A DNA stretch of 64,000 nt from a virus (lineage: Duplodnaviria; Caudoviricetes). Both the position numbers and the translations under genes were made by a program. Under the pieces are notes generated by a model. That model saw nothing but the letters and a program-made list of their open reading frames with translations. It made no database searches and was not told the DNA's origin. Location of the stretch: positions 5,513 through 69,512 of IMG/VR virus record IMGVR_UViG_2933632641_000001. One strand, written 5' to 3'. This document shows, piece after piece, positions 54,412 through 64,000 of this stretch. The first letter of the stretch is position 1, and each line of letters opens with the position of its first letter.

Positions 54412-56106
54412 TCAGGCGGCGGTGGCGAGCGCCGGCTCGACGTGACGGTCGAGTTCCTCGCCGCTGATGGCTTCGGTGAGGGCGCAGAGGATGACTTCGG
54501 CGGCGTTCGGGGTGACGGCATTGCCGTACTGGCGGACGCGTTCGCGCTTGTTGCCGAGGACGATGTACTGGTCGGCGAAGCTCATGGCCCGGCCGATTTC
54601 GTGCGGCTCGAGCATCCGGAACAGCACGTCCTGGACGTCGACGTCTCCGGTGACGAGCGCGTACCGGTCGCGGGTGGAGAGCGTTCCCACCGGTTCGGCG
54701 ACCGGGCGGGCGGTGCCGTTCCCGTAGTAGGGGACGAGCAGGTGATCCCAAGTGACGAGCGACTGGTGTCCGGCGGTGGTCATCGTCCGGAGGTATTCCG
54801 CGGCGGAGGTGCAGTGCTCGCCACCGGGTCCGCTCCGGCTGCCGTTGTTCCGCATGACGAAGGCGGGCACGTTCGGCGTGACGAGGCCGTGGTGGTTGCC
54901 GTTGGCGGAGACTGTGCCGAGGGCCTCGTGGATGGCGCGGCCTCGGAGCTGGTCGCCGCCTCCGCGCATGGTGACCATGAAGGGGAGCCAGGCGAGTCCG
55001 GTCTCGTTGCGTGCGGTCTGGGTTCGCAGCGGGCTATTAGCGGACGCGGGCTCCTTGCCGTCGCGGCCTTCGACCGGGATGAGGAGCGGTGGGATAGCGA
55101 GGCCGTCATTCTCGCGGGTGGTCCGGGTCGGCATCGGCTCGTCGAGGGGCGTGCCGACGTCGCGCCAGGTGCCGCCTGCGGGGACGACCATGGGGCGGGC
55201 GAACTTGTCGAGGCCGGCCTGGATGCGGGCGAGCGTCTTGTCGGCGAGGGGCTTGGTCCGGTCGCCGATGCGCTGGCCGGGGATGCTCCAGTCGATGGCG
55301 ACGGCGGCCGGGAGGGTGGACGGTTCGACGATCTGGTTCCGGCACTTCACCTGCGGGCAGCGGTACACGTACTGCTGCCGGTAGCGGCCCATGTCCTTGG
55401 CGGGGTCCTTGAAGACCTGGACCGCCCGGATCCAGGCTTCGCAGCCGGTGCACCAGGCGCGGGGTCGCAGCCACTTGTTCCAGTCGGGCGTGCGGTTCAG
55501 GCTCTGGTGCCAGTAGGCGACGTACAGCCGGTCTCGGGACTGCGGTGCTGCGTGCAGGGCCCGCGGGTCGGCGTGCATGCTGTTCAGGGCGATGGTGCGG
55601 GTGAGGTAGCCGAGTTTCTTGATCTCGCCGATCCAGCGGTCCCACTGGTCCCAGGCTCGGACGTCGACGACGTTCTCCACGACTCCGGCTTTGACGAGGC
55701 CGCCGCGTTCCTGGACTCCGCGCAGGTACATGGGGACTTCTTCCATGAGGGCGCGGGAACGCTCGACTTCCTCGGAGGGGGCGAAGGCGTCGCCGAAGAG
55801 GTCGCCCTGCAGGCTGTCGGCGAAGTCGCGCTTCTTGCCGCGGGCGTTCGACCACTGGGGGCATTCGGGGCTGGCCCAGAAGATGTCGGTGACGGGCCAG
55901 CGGTCTACGGGGGCTTCGCGGATGTCGCCGCGGTAGTGGTCGGTCTCGGGGAAGTTCGCGGCGTGGGACTCGATGGCCCGCTCCCAGTGGTTCGCGGCGC
56001 GGGCGACGCGGACGCCGGGGATGGCGTGGGCGCCCTGGCTGGATCCGCCGGCACCGCAGAACCAGTCCATGACCGTGAGCTCGGTGTCGTCGTTGCGGTA
56101 GGACAT
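54412..56106 (-). CDS. C5 cytosine DNA methyltransferase
   Basis: DWFCGAGG, ASPEC, ENV, PQSRDR and QYGNAVTP motifs. Confidence 0.95.
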   Translation of the reverse strand: MSYRNDDTELTVMDWFCGAGGSSQGAHAIPGVRVARAANHWERAIESHAANFPETDHYRGDIREAPVDRWPVTDIFWASPECPQWSNARGKKRDFADSLQGDLFGDAFAPSEEVERSRALMEEVPMYLRGVQERGGLVKAGVVENVVDVRAWDQWDRWIGEIKKLGYLTRTIALNSMHADPRALHAAPQSRDRLYVAYWHQSLNRTPDWNKWLRPRAWCTGCEAWIRAVQVFKDPAKDMGRYRQQYVYRCPQVKCRNQIVEPSTLPAAVAIDWSIPGQRIGDRTKPLADKTLARIQAGLDKFARPMVVPAGGTWRDVGTPLDEPMPTRTTRENDGLAIPPLLIPVEGRDGKEPASANSPLRTQTARNETGLAWLPFMVTMRGGGDQLRGRAIHEALGTVSANGNHHGLVTPNVPAFVMRNNGSRSGPGGEHCTSAAEYLRTMTTAGHQSLVTWDHLLVPYYGNGTARPVAEPVGTLSTRDRYALVTGDVDVQDVLFRMLEPHEIGRAMSFADQYIVLGNKRERVRQYGNAVTPNAAEVILCALTEAISGEELDRHVEPALATAA

Positions 56107-56942
56107 CAGGCGGCCTTTCGCATGTCTTTGCGCTGGGGTCCCAGGACCCGGTCGATGTACGTCTTGTCTTTGCCGAGGCGGATGGCGGCCTCAGCTCGTG
56201 TCAGGCCAGCAGTGGTGACGAGCCACGTCGCCTCTTCTGCGAGCAGGTCCGCCTTCGTCCGGCCGTACTCGGGCGTGAAGTGCGGGTCGTCGATTGCGTC
56301 GGGGAAGCGATCCCAGTACTTCGGCGGCGGCCACTTGGCTGCTGCGGCGCGGTCTCGGGAGAGCCGTGCCTTGTGTTCCGGGACCCCGTGGCGCTCCGGC
56401 CTCAGTCGCCGCAGGGTGTCGTAGCCCTCTTGGATGCGCTGGGCGGTCTCGATGCGCACGGTGTCTTGGCGCAGGATCTGGTCGGCTCGGCTTGCGTGCA
56501 GACCGGACCGCGTCGAGAGGTGGGTCAGGGGCCAGCCGACTGCGATGAGAGCCTGGATGCGCCGATGGGTGCCCGTGGCCCCGATGCGGACGGGCGAGGC
56601 CACTTTGGGGTCGATGCCGAGGATGCGGGCTGCGATGTCAGCTGAGGTACGGTGACGGATCCCTCGGCCCCGGATACCGCCCGTGAAGTCAGCGACGCTC
56701 TGGTGGGGGAGCTCGGCGAGCGCGGCGATACGGTCCTGAGTCAGACCAGCAGCGAGAAGGGCCTTGATGTGCTGGCGGACCGGAGCGGCGTCCACGTAGG
56801 GCTTCCAAGTGCCGTTGCGCATGGCTGCGGTACGTTCTTCCGCCCAGTTCTGCTTCCGTTCCACGCAGGCGGGGAGGCGGCATCCATAGCGGGTGTAGCA
56901 GGTCAGCGTGTTGTGGTGCGGAGCTTCGCGACGGGTGGTCAC
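56106..56942 (-). CDS. Multi-HTH DNA-binding protein
   Basis: YGCRLPAC, VRQHIKALLAAG, RRIQALIAVGW, GLTRAEAAIRLG; GTG start. Confidence 0.7.
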   Translation of the reverse strand: MTTRREAPHHNTLTCYTRYGCRLPACVERKQNWAEERTAAMRNGTWKPYVDAAPVRQHIKALLAAGLTQDRIAALAELPHQSVADFTGGIRGRGIRHRTSADIAARILGIDPKVASPVRIGATGTHRRIQALIAVGWPLTHLSTRSGLHASRADQILRQDTVRIETAQRIQEGYDTLRRLRPERHGVPEHKARLSRDRAAAAKWPPPKYWDRFPDAIDDPHFTPEYGRTKADLLAEEATWLVTTAGLTRAEAAIRLGKDKTYIDRVLGPQRKDMRKAA

Positions 56943-57930
56943 TGGTCTTCCTCCGTCCGGCGGGTCTGGTGGGGGATGCCGGCCGGGAACTGGTCGGCGA
57001 TGATGCGGGCGAACTTGATGTCGGTGACGTGCTGCTCGACGAGGGCTCGGGCCGCGGCGAGGTCCGCACGGACTTCGGCTTCGGTGCGCGGGGCCCGGGC
57101 GGCCTGCTGGGCGCTGCGCTGGAAGCGACGGTGTGTGCGGGGTTTGTGCCAGGCGTCGAAGACGGCGGGCGCGAGGCAGGCGAGTCCGATGGCGACGCCG
57201 ATGCAGGCGAGTGCCGTGTCCCCGGCGCTCATGCGGCCTGCTCCCTGCGTGCGGCTGCGGTGCCCCTCCACGTGCGAAGGCCCGAAGCGTGGGAGGTGGG
57301 CCGTGGGGAGGTGGTCCAGCCGACCGGCCGGTGGTAGCCGGCTTCACGCAACAGGGTGGCGAGCCTGCCCCACATGTGACTGTCCGGGGGTTCGGGCAGC
57401 CGATGCTCCTCGGCAACTTCGTAGATCGTGTACGTGCGGCCCGTCGCGGCGGCGGTTACGTAGTACGGCCAGACTTCGTCGAGCCAGGTCTCGAAGTCCT
57501 CGGCCTTGCGGCGGGCTGCGGGGATCTTGGGGGTGGGTATGGTTCCGTCGAGGGCGGGCTGCACGGCGTTCATGACTGCCTCCGGGGTGGGGCCGGGTTA
57601 GATGCTGTTGATGAGGGCGTCGGCGGCTTCCTCGTCGGCGATGGCCGCGTCGTTCCAGCAGCCCATGCACAGGAAGGTGACGGGGGGCTCGTAGTCGAAC
57701 TCGTGCCATGGGCGCGCCGCGGGCTGGAACCGGAACAGACGGCGAGGCTGGAAGCAGTTGGGGCAGGTGCCGTCGTGCGCCGTCGCGAGGATGTGGGCCT
57801 CTTCCTGGCGGTGGAGCTCGGCCTGGATGGCTTCGAAGGCGGCGCCGCAGCCGGTGCACGGCCCGGGGTAGAAGATCGATCCGTGCGGCGGAAGCACTGA
57901 GTGGCTGTGCTTGCAGAGCGAGATGGTCAT
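56939..57930 (-). other. Three hypothetical genes: 56939-57232, 57229-57573, 57598-57930
   Basis: RBSs and ATGA/GTGA overlaps. Confidence 0.65.
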
Positions 57931-58003
57931 GACGGTGTCCTCTCGATGTGGTCTGCTTGGGGCGGGGTCGGCCGCGCTGCCTGCGGCCGACCCCCAGGTG
58001 CTG

Positions 58004-58624
58004 CTACGGGACGGGGCGGGCGCAGGCGTCGCAGAGCGCGTCCGGCCCTGATCCGGTGAACGGGCCGTCGTCGCCCTGGCAGCGGGAGCAGCGGATCGGC
58101 TCCGGCTCCGCGGCCAGTTCCGGCAGGGCCACGCCAGCGAGCTGGCCCGCACGCCAGGCAGCCATCACCTGGTCGCGGCCGGTCTTTGTGAACAGGACCC
58201 GGTGGCCGCGGGCCCGCGCCGGCTGAATGGCCACCCCGGGTACCTCGTGGATGACGCCGGTCTCCGGGTCCGCCCACTCCGTTCCGCCGGTCGCGGTCAG
58301 CTCGGCGAGGAGCTTCTTCGTGAACGCCGGCCGGACCTCCGTGACGAAACGACGCTCGATCTCCCCAGACGCGTTGGCCAGGACCCAGGCCGTGAACGCC
58401 TCGGGATCGGTGACCCTGGCTTCGGCGGAGCCGCTGGAGATGCTGACGGTGGCGACCGGCGTGCCGTCCGGCAGCGTGGCCTTGATCTGCGTGGTGCCGG
58501 TCTCCGCGGAGGCCGCGTCCAGGAGTTCCTGCACTTCGGCGCGGGCGGCCTTGTACTCGCCGTCGATGACGTCGAGGAGCGTCCTCAGCGTGGCCTCGCG
58601 GGCGGCTGCGTCCTTGAGGCTCAT
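58004..58624 (-). CDS. Recombination-module hypothetical protein
   Basis: Coupled to the annealase; WADPETGVIHEVPGV motif. Confidence 0.7.
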   Translation of the reverse strand: MSLKDAAAREATLRTLLDVIDGEYKAARAEVQELLDAASAETGTTQIKATLPDGTPVATVSISSGSAEARVTDPEAFTAWVLANASGEIERRFVTEVRPAFTKKLLAELTATGGTEWADPETGVIHEVPGVAIQPARARGHRVLFTKTGRDQVMAAWRAGQLAGVALPELAAEPEPIRCSRCQGDDGPFTGSGPDALCDACARPVP

Positions 58625-59694
58625 GCCGCCGCCCCGCCGAGGATCTTGTTCATCTCCTTGAGCTGCTGCGCGCCAGCCTTAGAGATCGGCAGGCCGTAGG
58701 ACTGTTCGAAGTCGGCGTCGAGGGTGTCGAGTCCGACCCGGGCAGCGGTCGCGCGGAGCTGCTGCTCTGCCTCGGCCACTGGGTCGACGAACTCGGCGTC
58801 GGTGACCGTGTCGGTCGGCGTCGTGGCGGGTGCAGCCGCCTTGGATTTGCCCACCTCGGCAATCTGGGCGAGGTACTCGGGGCGGGCGCCCTCGGTCTGA
58901 GCGTCCTTCCAGATCAGTCGGACGGTCGCCGCGTCGGCGGCCTTCATCGCTTCGTGCAGGTAGTCACGGCCCCCAGGGGTCAGCGACTCGGCGGGCACGT
59001 CGGCGACGGCAGCCTGGATCGTTGCTGCCGGGGTGGCCCACGGGTCGGGCTCCCCCTGCCGGACGACCCGCAGCTGCTGTACCTCAGCTTCCATCGGCAG
59101 CCCTTCGGAGTCGACGCGGGCGCCGAGCTCTTCGGGGGTGTAGATCGCCCCGTGTAGCACCTCGGGGCAGGCGAGACGCACGCACTCCGCGATGGCTCGC
59201 GCCCGGAGCATGGCCCTCGGGTACTTCTCCCAGGACTGAGGCTCGTTCTGCTTGCTGCGGGAGTATGGGCGACCGTCGCGGAGTTCGCACAGCCGGGCGG
59301 TGACGGCGTCGTCCAGGGTCCATTCGACGCGGTTCTCGAACTCGGGGTCGTCGGAGCGCCAGATGCTGACGACGCACGACGTGCTGCTGGGACTGATCCG
59401 GACCTTGTGGCCCGCGGTTCGTGCCCGGGACAGCATGAGGTCGGCGGACTGGGAGGGCTTCCCCTTGATGACGTGGATGGTCGTGATGGTGGTGACCACG
59501 TCGAGGCCGAGCGCGCGGCCGTACTCCATCGCCCACAGCACGCTCGCCGGCTGCTTGCGGTAGGCGTCCGGGAGGAGGGGGGTGGCGGCGAGGGACTCGC
59601 AGAAGAGCCATGCTTCGCGGGGGCTCATGCTGCTGAGCGACAGGGCCATGCTGCCTGGGGCGGGCAGCTGGGCTTTGACGAGTTCGGTGCTCAT
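58621..59694 (-). CDS. RecT-like single-strand annealing protein
   Basis: LLPDAYRKQPA...IHVIKGKP...WEKYPRAMLRARA...CPEVLHG.IYTPEEL. Confidence 0.8.
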   Translation of the reverse strand: MSTELVKAQLPAPGSMALSLSSMSPREAWLFCESLAATPLLPDAYRKQPASVLWAMEYGRALGLDVVTTITTIHVIKGKPSQSADLMLSRARTAGHKVRISPSSTSCVVSIWRSDDPEFENRVEWTLDDAVTARLCELRDGRPYSRSKQNEPQSWEKYPRAMLRARAIAECVRLACPEVLHGAIYTPEELGARVDSEGLPMEAEVQQLRVVRQGEPDPWATPAATIQAAVADVPAESLTPGGRDYLHEAMKAADAATVRLIWKDAQTEGARPEYLAQIAEVGKSKAAAPATTPTDTVTDAEFVDPVAEAEQQLRATAARVGLDTLDADFEQSYGLPISKAGAQQLKEMNKILGGAAA

Positions 59695-59806
59695 GGCACT
59701 CGCTTTCAGGGTGTGACGGGCCGCGGGCGGGCGGCGTGCACCCGTCCGGGGCTGGTGGTTGGGGGCCGGGCTCGGGGGCCGGTGTCATCCGCCGGCCCGG
59801 CGGTCT

Positions 59807-62767
59807 CTAGGCGGCTGCCGGACGATTCACCGGCTTGACGGGCACATACACGCCGCGTTCCTCCCGCAACAGGCCCTTGAGGACCAGTCGGTCGAGCTGC
59901 TTCTGGATGAAGCTGAGCTGCCTGCGGTGATCGGGGGCGTCCTTCATCACGCGCCCCGCCTCCGCTAGGCACCATGTGCCGTCGCCCATCAGAGACGGAA
60001 CCTCAGTCAGTACCGCGTGCCGCAGTCGCTCGAAGGCGTTCCATTCGTCGGCCATCACTGCCTCCCCGGCACGTGGCTCGGGCTGGGGCCAGCGAGCGGC
60101 GAGAGGTGCAGCGGCAGGACCGGGATCGGCTGGGTCTCGACGACAGCCGGGTGCGCGGCCAGCGACGAGACGGCGGCGGTGTTCTGTCGCGTGGCCTCGA
60201 CCGCCCGGGCAAGTTCCTCCCGGAGCCGGTTGGCCTTCGCGATCAAGTCGTCCCGTTCGGCGGTGGCCATGGTGAGCCGGTACTGCAGGACGGACGCCCG
60301 GGCCTTCGCCTCCGCCAGCTGCTGCTCCAGCACGGCGACCCGGTCGATCGCCCGGTGCTGGCCACGCGGGCGGGATATGTGAAGGAGGCTCACCACGTCC
60401 TGCCGATCTCGTGCAGCTCGCCGGTCCGGGCACGAACTTCGTCGAGGGTCGACTGGCCGCCCGAGGGGTGGACGTACCCGATCCATTGGGTCCCGTCGCT
60501 GGTGACGCTGCCGTCGACCCAGACGCTGCCTTCGCCGTCGAGGTAGAGCCGGCGGCGCCTGTCATCGGGCTGGTCCTCCCGCTCACCAGCAGCGGCCTTG
60601 CGGACCATGGACACCCATTCCGGTACGGGCAGTGGGTTCTCCCAGCGAGTGGCCTGCTTCTCCGCTTCCCTGCACACCTCGAACACAGCGTTCAGGCAGC
60701 GGTTCAGGTAGGCCATCTCCTCGCGGAGAGTCGGCTCCTTGCCGACGTACTTCTCGAGCTTGGCCTGCAGGCGGGTCAGTTCGTCGCTCACTGCGGGGCC
60801 CCCGGCTGGTCGTCGTCGAGGGTGGGCTCGGCCGCGATGAGGTAGGCGATCTGCTCGTCGCGTTCGGCGAGCACGGTCCGAAGCCGGACCACCTCGGCCT
60901 CGGCGGACTTGGTCCACCCCTCCCACGCCTCGCGGTCCCTGACGACGCGGAGAATGCCCTCGCCGTAAGCGGCGGCGCGCTGCCGGGCGGACTGCCAGGC
61001 CAGTCGCAGGCGGGCGGTGTCCCGCTCCTCTTCCCACAGGGCGAGGCCGGTGCCAGCGATGATGTTGGCCAGCTTGCTCGTCTCGTCGTTGAGGCTGCGC
61101 ACCTCCGCGACGAGTTCGGGGACGGCGTCGTGAGCGTCCGCGATGAACAGGGCGATCGGTCCCGCCCAGTCCGGGAGTTCCGCGAGAACCGTGCCGGACT
61201 CCTGGTGCTTCACGACGTAGCAGCTGGGCTCGTCGGACCTTCCTTCGACGTACTCGGTACGCCACTCGCCGCTGTACCAGTCGCCCGGGTGGGACTCGGC
61301 GATCTCGGCGAGTCGGTCAGTGGCCATCGGAGGCCTCCTCTTCTGCCGGTCGTAGCGCCGCCGCCTCGGGTCGCAGGTCCACCAGGTCGTCCCACTCCCA
61401 CTCACTCGGAGCTTCGACGTACAGGTCCAGCCCGTTCTCCAACAGCGTCGACGAGCTCAGGCTCAGGTAGATCTCGGAGTCCTTGGAGAGGTGGGCGATC
61501 GCGTCCTCGAGGCTGTCAGCCGTTTCCCAGACGACATGGCGTTCGCGCGTCTCGACGATCACGGGGTACAGGTCAGGCACGGGGTCCTCCTCGGTGGATG
61601 CGGCGCCCGAGGAGCATGAGCGCGATGGATGCGAGGGCCGCGAGGGCGTCCAGGACAGCGGCGCGGCGGAGGGTCACGGCTGGCCCCCGATGCGGACGGC
61701 GAACTCGGAGTCCGACTCGACGTAGCCGGCGGCGACCGTGGCCGCGAAGTCGGGGTCGACGGTGCGGTCCGGTACCTCAGGTCCAGGCGGCACGTCGGAC
61801 AGAAAGACTGACGTCACGATCTCGGTGCGGGCCATCACGCCGCCCTCGCGGCTTGCTTGTACGCGCGGACCTGGCGGCGGACAGCCGCCCACTCGATGCG
61901 GCATACGTCGCAGCTGCACCAGCTAGGCCGGTGACCGATCGCGTTGTCGGTGCGCCTCTGGGCGAGCTGTCGGATCAGCTCCGCTTCGGCCTCCGGCTTC
62001 ATTCGGCGGATCCAGGTGCCCTCATCGACGCTCATGCCGCCTCCCCCCAGTTCGTGGCCCGCCTACGGGCGATGTGCTGATCCAGCCGGTATTCGGTGAG
62101 TACGGCCTCCGACCACAGGTCGGGCGGGCCGAACAGCTCCTGGAAGGCGAAGTCGGCACGAGCGAGCGCGTCCTGCACCACGTCTGCCGCAGGTCGCGGC
62201 TCCGTCGGGGCGCTCACGACTGGCCTCCGTCGAGGAGTCGGGCCGGGATGCCCTTGGACAGGTCGGGGAACGGGCGGGTCGTGTCGGCCGGGTCGGCGTG
62301 GTGGAGCAGGTGCCCCTCGACGGCGCGGGTGCCGAGCCGGATGTACTCCTCGGGCGACAGGCCGCGCACTGCTGCGGCAGCGGCCAGCTCTTCGGCAGCG
62401 GCGGCCCGACGAGCCAGCTCCTCCGGCGACGGCGTGTACGGGGGCCGCGGCGCAGTACGGGCAGCGGCTTCCAGCTCGACGAGCGGGCGATCCAGGTCAG
62501 CGATACGGCGAGGCGTCGTGGTCATCGCGACTCACCGACCTCGGCGTCGGCGCAGCCGGTGCAGGCGTCGTCGTCGCAGTCGTCGTCGTGCAGCTCGTGG
62601 ATCCAGCCGGACGCGGCGTTCTCCAGCAGGCCCGCCATCGTGTTGCGGTCCCTGGTGCCGAGGCCCATCAGCCAGTCGAGAGTCTCGTCGGCCTCGGCCA
62701 GCATGTCGGCGCGCAATTCGGCGGTGGGGTTGGTGTCGCCCGACGAGGCGGGCATGATGTGGGACAT
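59807..62767 (-). other. Small early genes: 59807-60055, 60055-60393, 60390-60791, 60788-61327, 61317-61580, 61674-61835, 61835-62035, 62032-62217, 62214-62525, 62522-62767
   Basis: Coupled starts/stops and RBSs; no recognisable function. Confidence 0.65.
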
Positions 62768-62869
62768 GGGGTCCTCTTCCTCTTGCATGTAGGTGCAGGA
62801 GATTCGGGTGGATCTCGTAGGCCTCGGCCGGCGGTGTAAGGCCCGGCGGTCGGGGCCGCATAGCCGCAG

Positions 62870-63160
62870 CTAGGCGGCGCGACTCGGCCGGCGCTTGCTT
62901 CGGTTGAGCGGGGGGCCGATTCGGTCGGCCTCCAGCCAGTACGGCAGGTCGTCCCGGTTCACCTTGATCGGGGAGCGAGGTCCCTTCCTGGTGTGCGGGT
63001 AGCCTTCGGCGACGCGCCGCCTCACTGTCTTGACGCTGCACTTGAGCAGCCATGCCATCTCGCGGAGGTCGAAGACGAGCGCATTCAGGTCTTCCGGCTT
63101 CTTCGGCGTATTCGCGCCGTTGATGTCGGTGTCAGTGTCAGGGGACCGGGTGGTCGTCAC
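62870..63160 (-). CDS. Excisionase-like HTH protein
   Basis: DLREMAWLLKCSVKTVRR...DDLPYWL; GAAAGGA RBS. Confidence 0.75.
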   Translation of the reverse strand: MTTTRSPDTDTDINGANTPKKPEDLNALVFDLREMAWLLKCSVKTVRRRVAEGYPHTRKGPRSPIKVNRDDLPYWLEADRIGPPLNRSKRRPSRAA

Positions 63161-63170
63161 GTTGTTCCTT

Positions 63171-63404
63171 TCAGTCGCTCCTGGGGAGTCCAAGGAGGTC
63201 GTCATCGGTCGCATGGAGTGCGGTGCGGAGGCGGACGTACAACTGCGGGCCCATGTGGTTGCGGGTGCCTCGTTCGAGCTTTCGCAGGTAGCTGTCACTG
63301 CAGCCGACCTGCTCAGCGAGTTGCCTCACTGAGAACCCCGCTTGCATGCGCTTGGTACATATCGCCGCCCCCTCCACTTCGAAGGTGGTTGGGGGTTGGT
63401 GCAT
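63171..63404 (-). CDS. Cro-like XRE regulator
   Basis: RMQAGFSVRQLAEQVGCSDSYLRKLERG; divergent from the repressor. Confidence 0.85.
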   Translation of the reverse strand: MHQPPTTFEVEGAAICTKRMQAGFSVRQLAEQVGCSDSYLRKLERGTRNHMGPQLYVRLRTALHATDDDLLGLPRSD

Positions 63405-63412
63405 GCATTGAA

Positions 63413-63463
63413 CTTACCCACAGTTGCCCACCTTGTCTAGACACAGTTGCCCATTGATTACCC
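63413..63463. promoter_or_regulatory. Immunity switch operators
   Basis: CACAGTTGCCCA at 63419-63430 and 63442-63453, flanked by TTACCC copies. Confidence 0.65.
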
Positions 63464-63580
63464 CGATCTGGAACTGAGATAGCCCTACATGCCCTTGACC
63501 TGCGGAGATTCGGTGTCGACTTGTGGCCAACATCTGGTCCAGTCCTGGCTGGTCCCGCCGAGTCCTGCCAAGATGGGGGC

Positions 63581-64000
63581 ATGGCACCCAGTGACCTCGA
63601 CCGTCTTGCTATCGCTGCGCGCAAGCGCCGCCGGGAACTCGGGCTCGCCCTGAACGACCTCAATGCCAAGGCCGGAGGCACCTCGAAGGGCACCTGGCAG
63701 CGGGTCGAAAAAGGCGAAGCAATCCGCGAGACGAACTACGTCAAGATCGACGGCCTCCTCCAGTGGGCCCCCGGAAGCTGCATCGCCATCCTTGAAGGCG
63801 GCGCACCCGTGCCCGTCGACCCATCGAAGGCGGAGCGCGGGACTGTCGTCTCTGAGCTCCCGCCCGAGGCGCACGACGCCGAAGCTCGTGGCGTCATCCA
63901 GCTGGCCGTCGTTGCCACTACCGACGGCCTGACGTCCGAGCAGATCCGCGCCCTGAGCGAGCGGGCGGTCAAGGATCTTCGCGCCGCCGGCCTGATCTGA
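63581..64000 (+). CDS. CI-like XRE repressor, likely leaderless
   Basis: RRRELGL...SKGTWQRVEKG...IDGLLQWAPGS; CAAGAT just upstream of the ATG. Confidence 0.85.
   Translation: MAPSDLDRLAIAARKRRRELGLALNDLNAKAGGTSKGTWQRVEKGEAIRETNYVKIDGLLQWAPGSCIAILEGGAPVPVDPSKAERGTVVSELPPEAHDAEARGVIQLAVVATTDGLTSEQIRALSERAVKDLRAAGLI

Noticed and set aside
54136-56424. 762-aa plus-strand ORF
   Set aside because: Antisense shadow of the C5 methyltransferase; typical of high-GC DNA, no motifs.
1-64000. tRNA, rRNA, cas genes, transposases, att sites
   Set aside because: None recognised by eye; element boundaries appear to lie outside the window. tRNAscan and HMM searches were not run.

Overview
High-GC actinomycete (Streptomyces-like, inferred from gene families) temperate siphovirus genome or prophage, transcribed mostly on the minus strand. 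From right to left: cI/cro switch (63.2-64 kb); early genes including a RecT-like annealase, C5 DNA methyltransferase, replication initiator with internal iterons and MazG-like protein (44-63 kb); an embedded Streptomyces-plasmid-type conjugation module with GntR/UTRA Kor-type repressor and four operators, SpdB-like protein, two paralogous helical proteins and an FtsK/TraB translocase (35.4-43.8 kb); late regulators, a repeat-containing fibre gene, terminase, portal, protease/scaffold, capsid, tail and lysis genes (4.4-31 kb); a Cre-like tyrosine recombinase with a candidate resolution site; and an accessory left end with an N6-adenine methyltransferase. Best signals: (1) a self-contained type I-E-like repeat-spacer-repeat cassette with its own promoter and terminator and no cas genes in the window (266-400); (2) a virion-encoding element that also carries a TraB conjugation system, including a possible WXG100-like protein pair; (3) several structured cis-RNA elements. 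All family calls come from motifs read by eye; no searches were run, and several starts were moved from the ORF track using RBS evidence.
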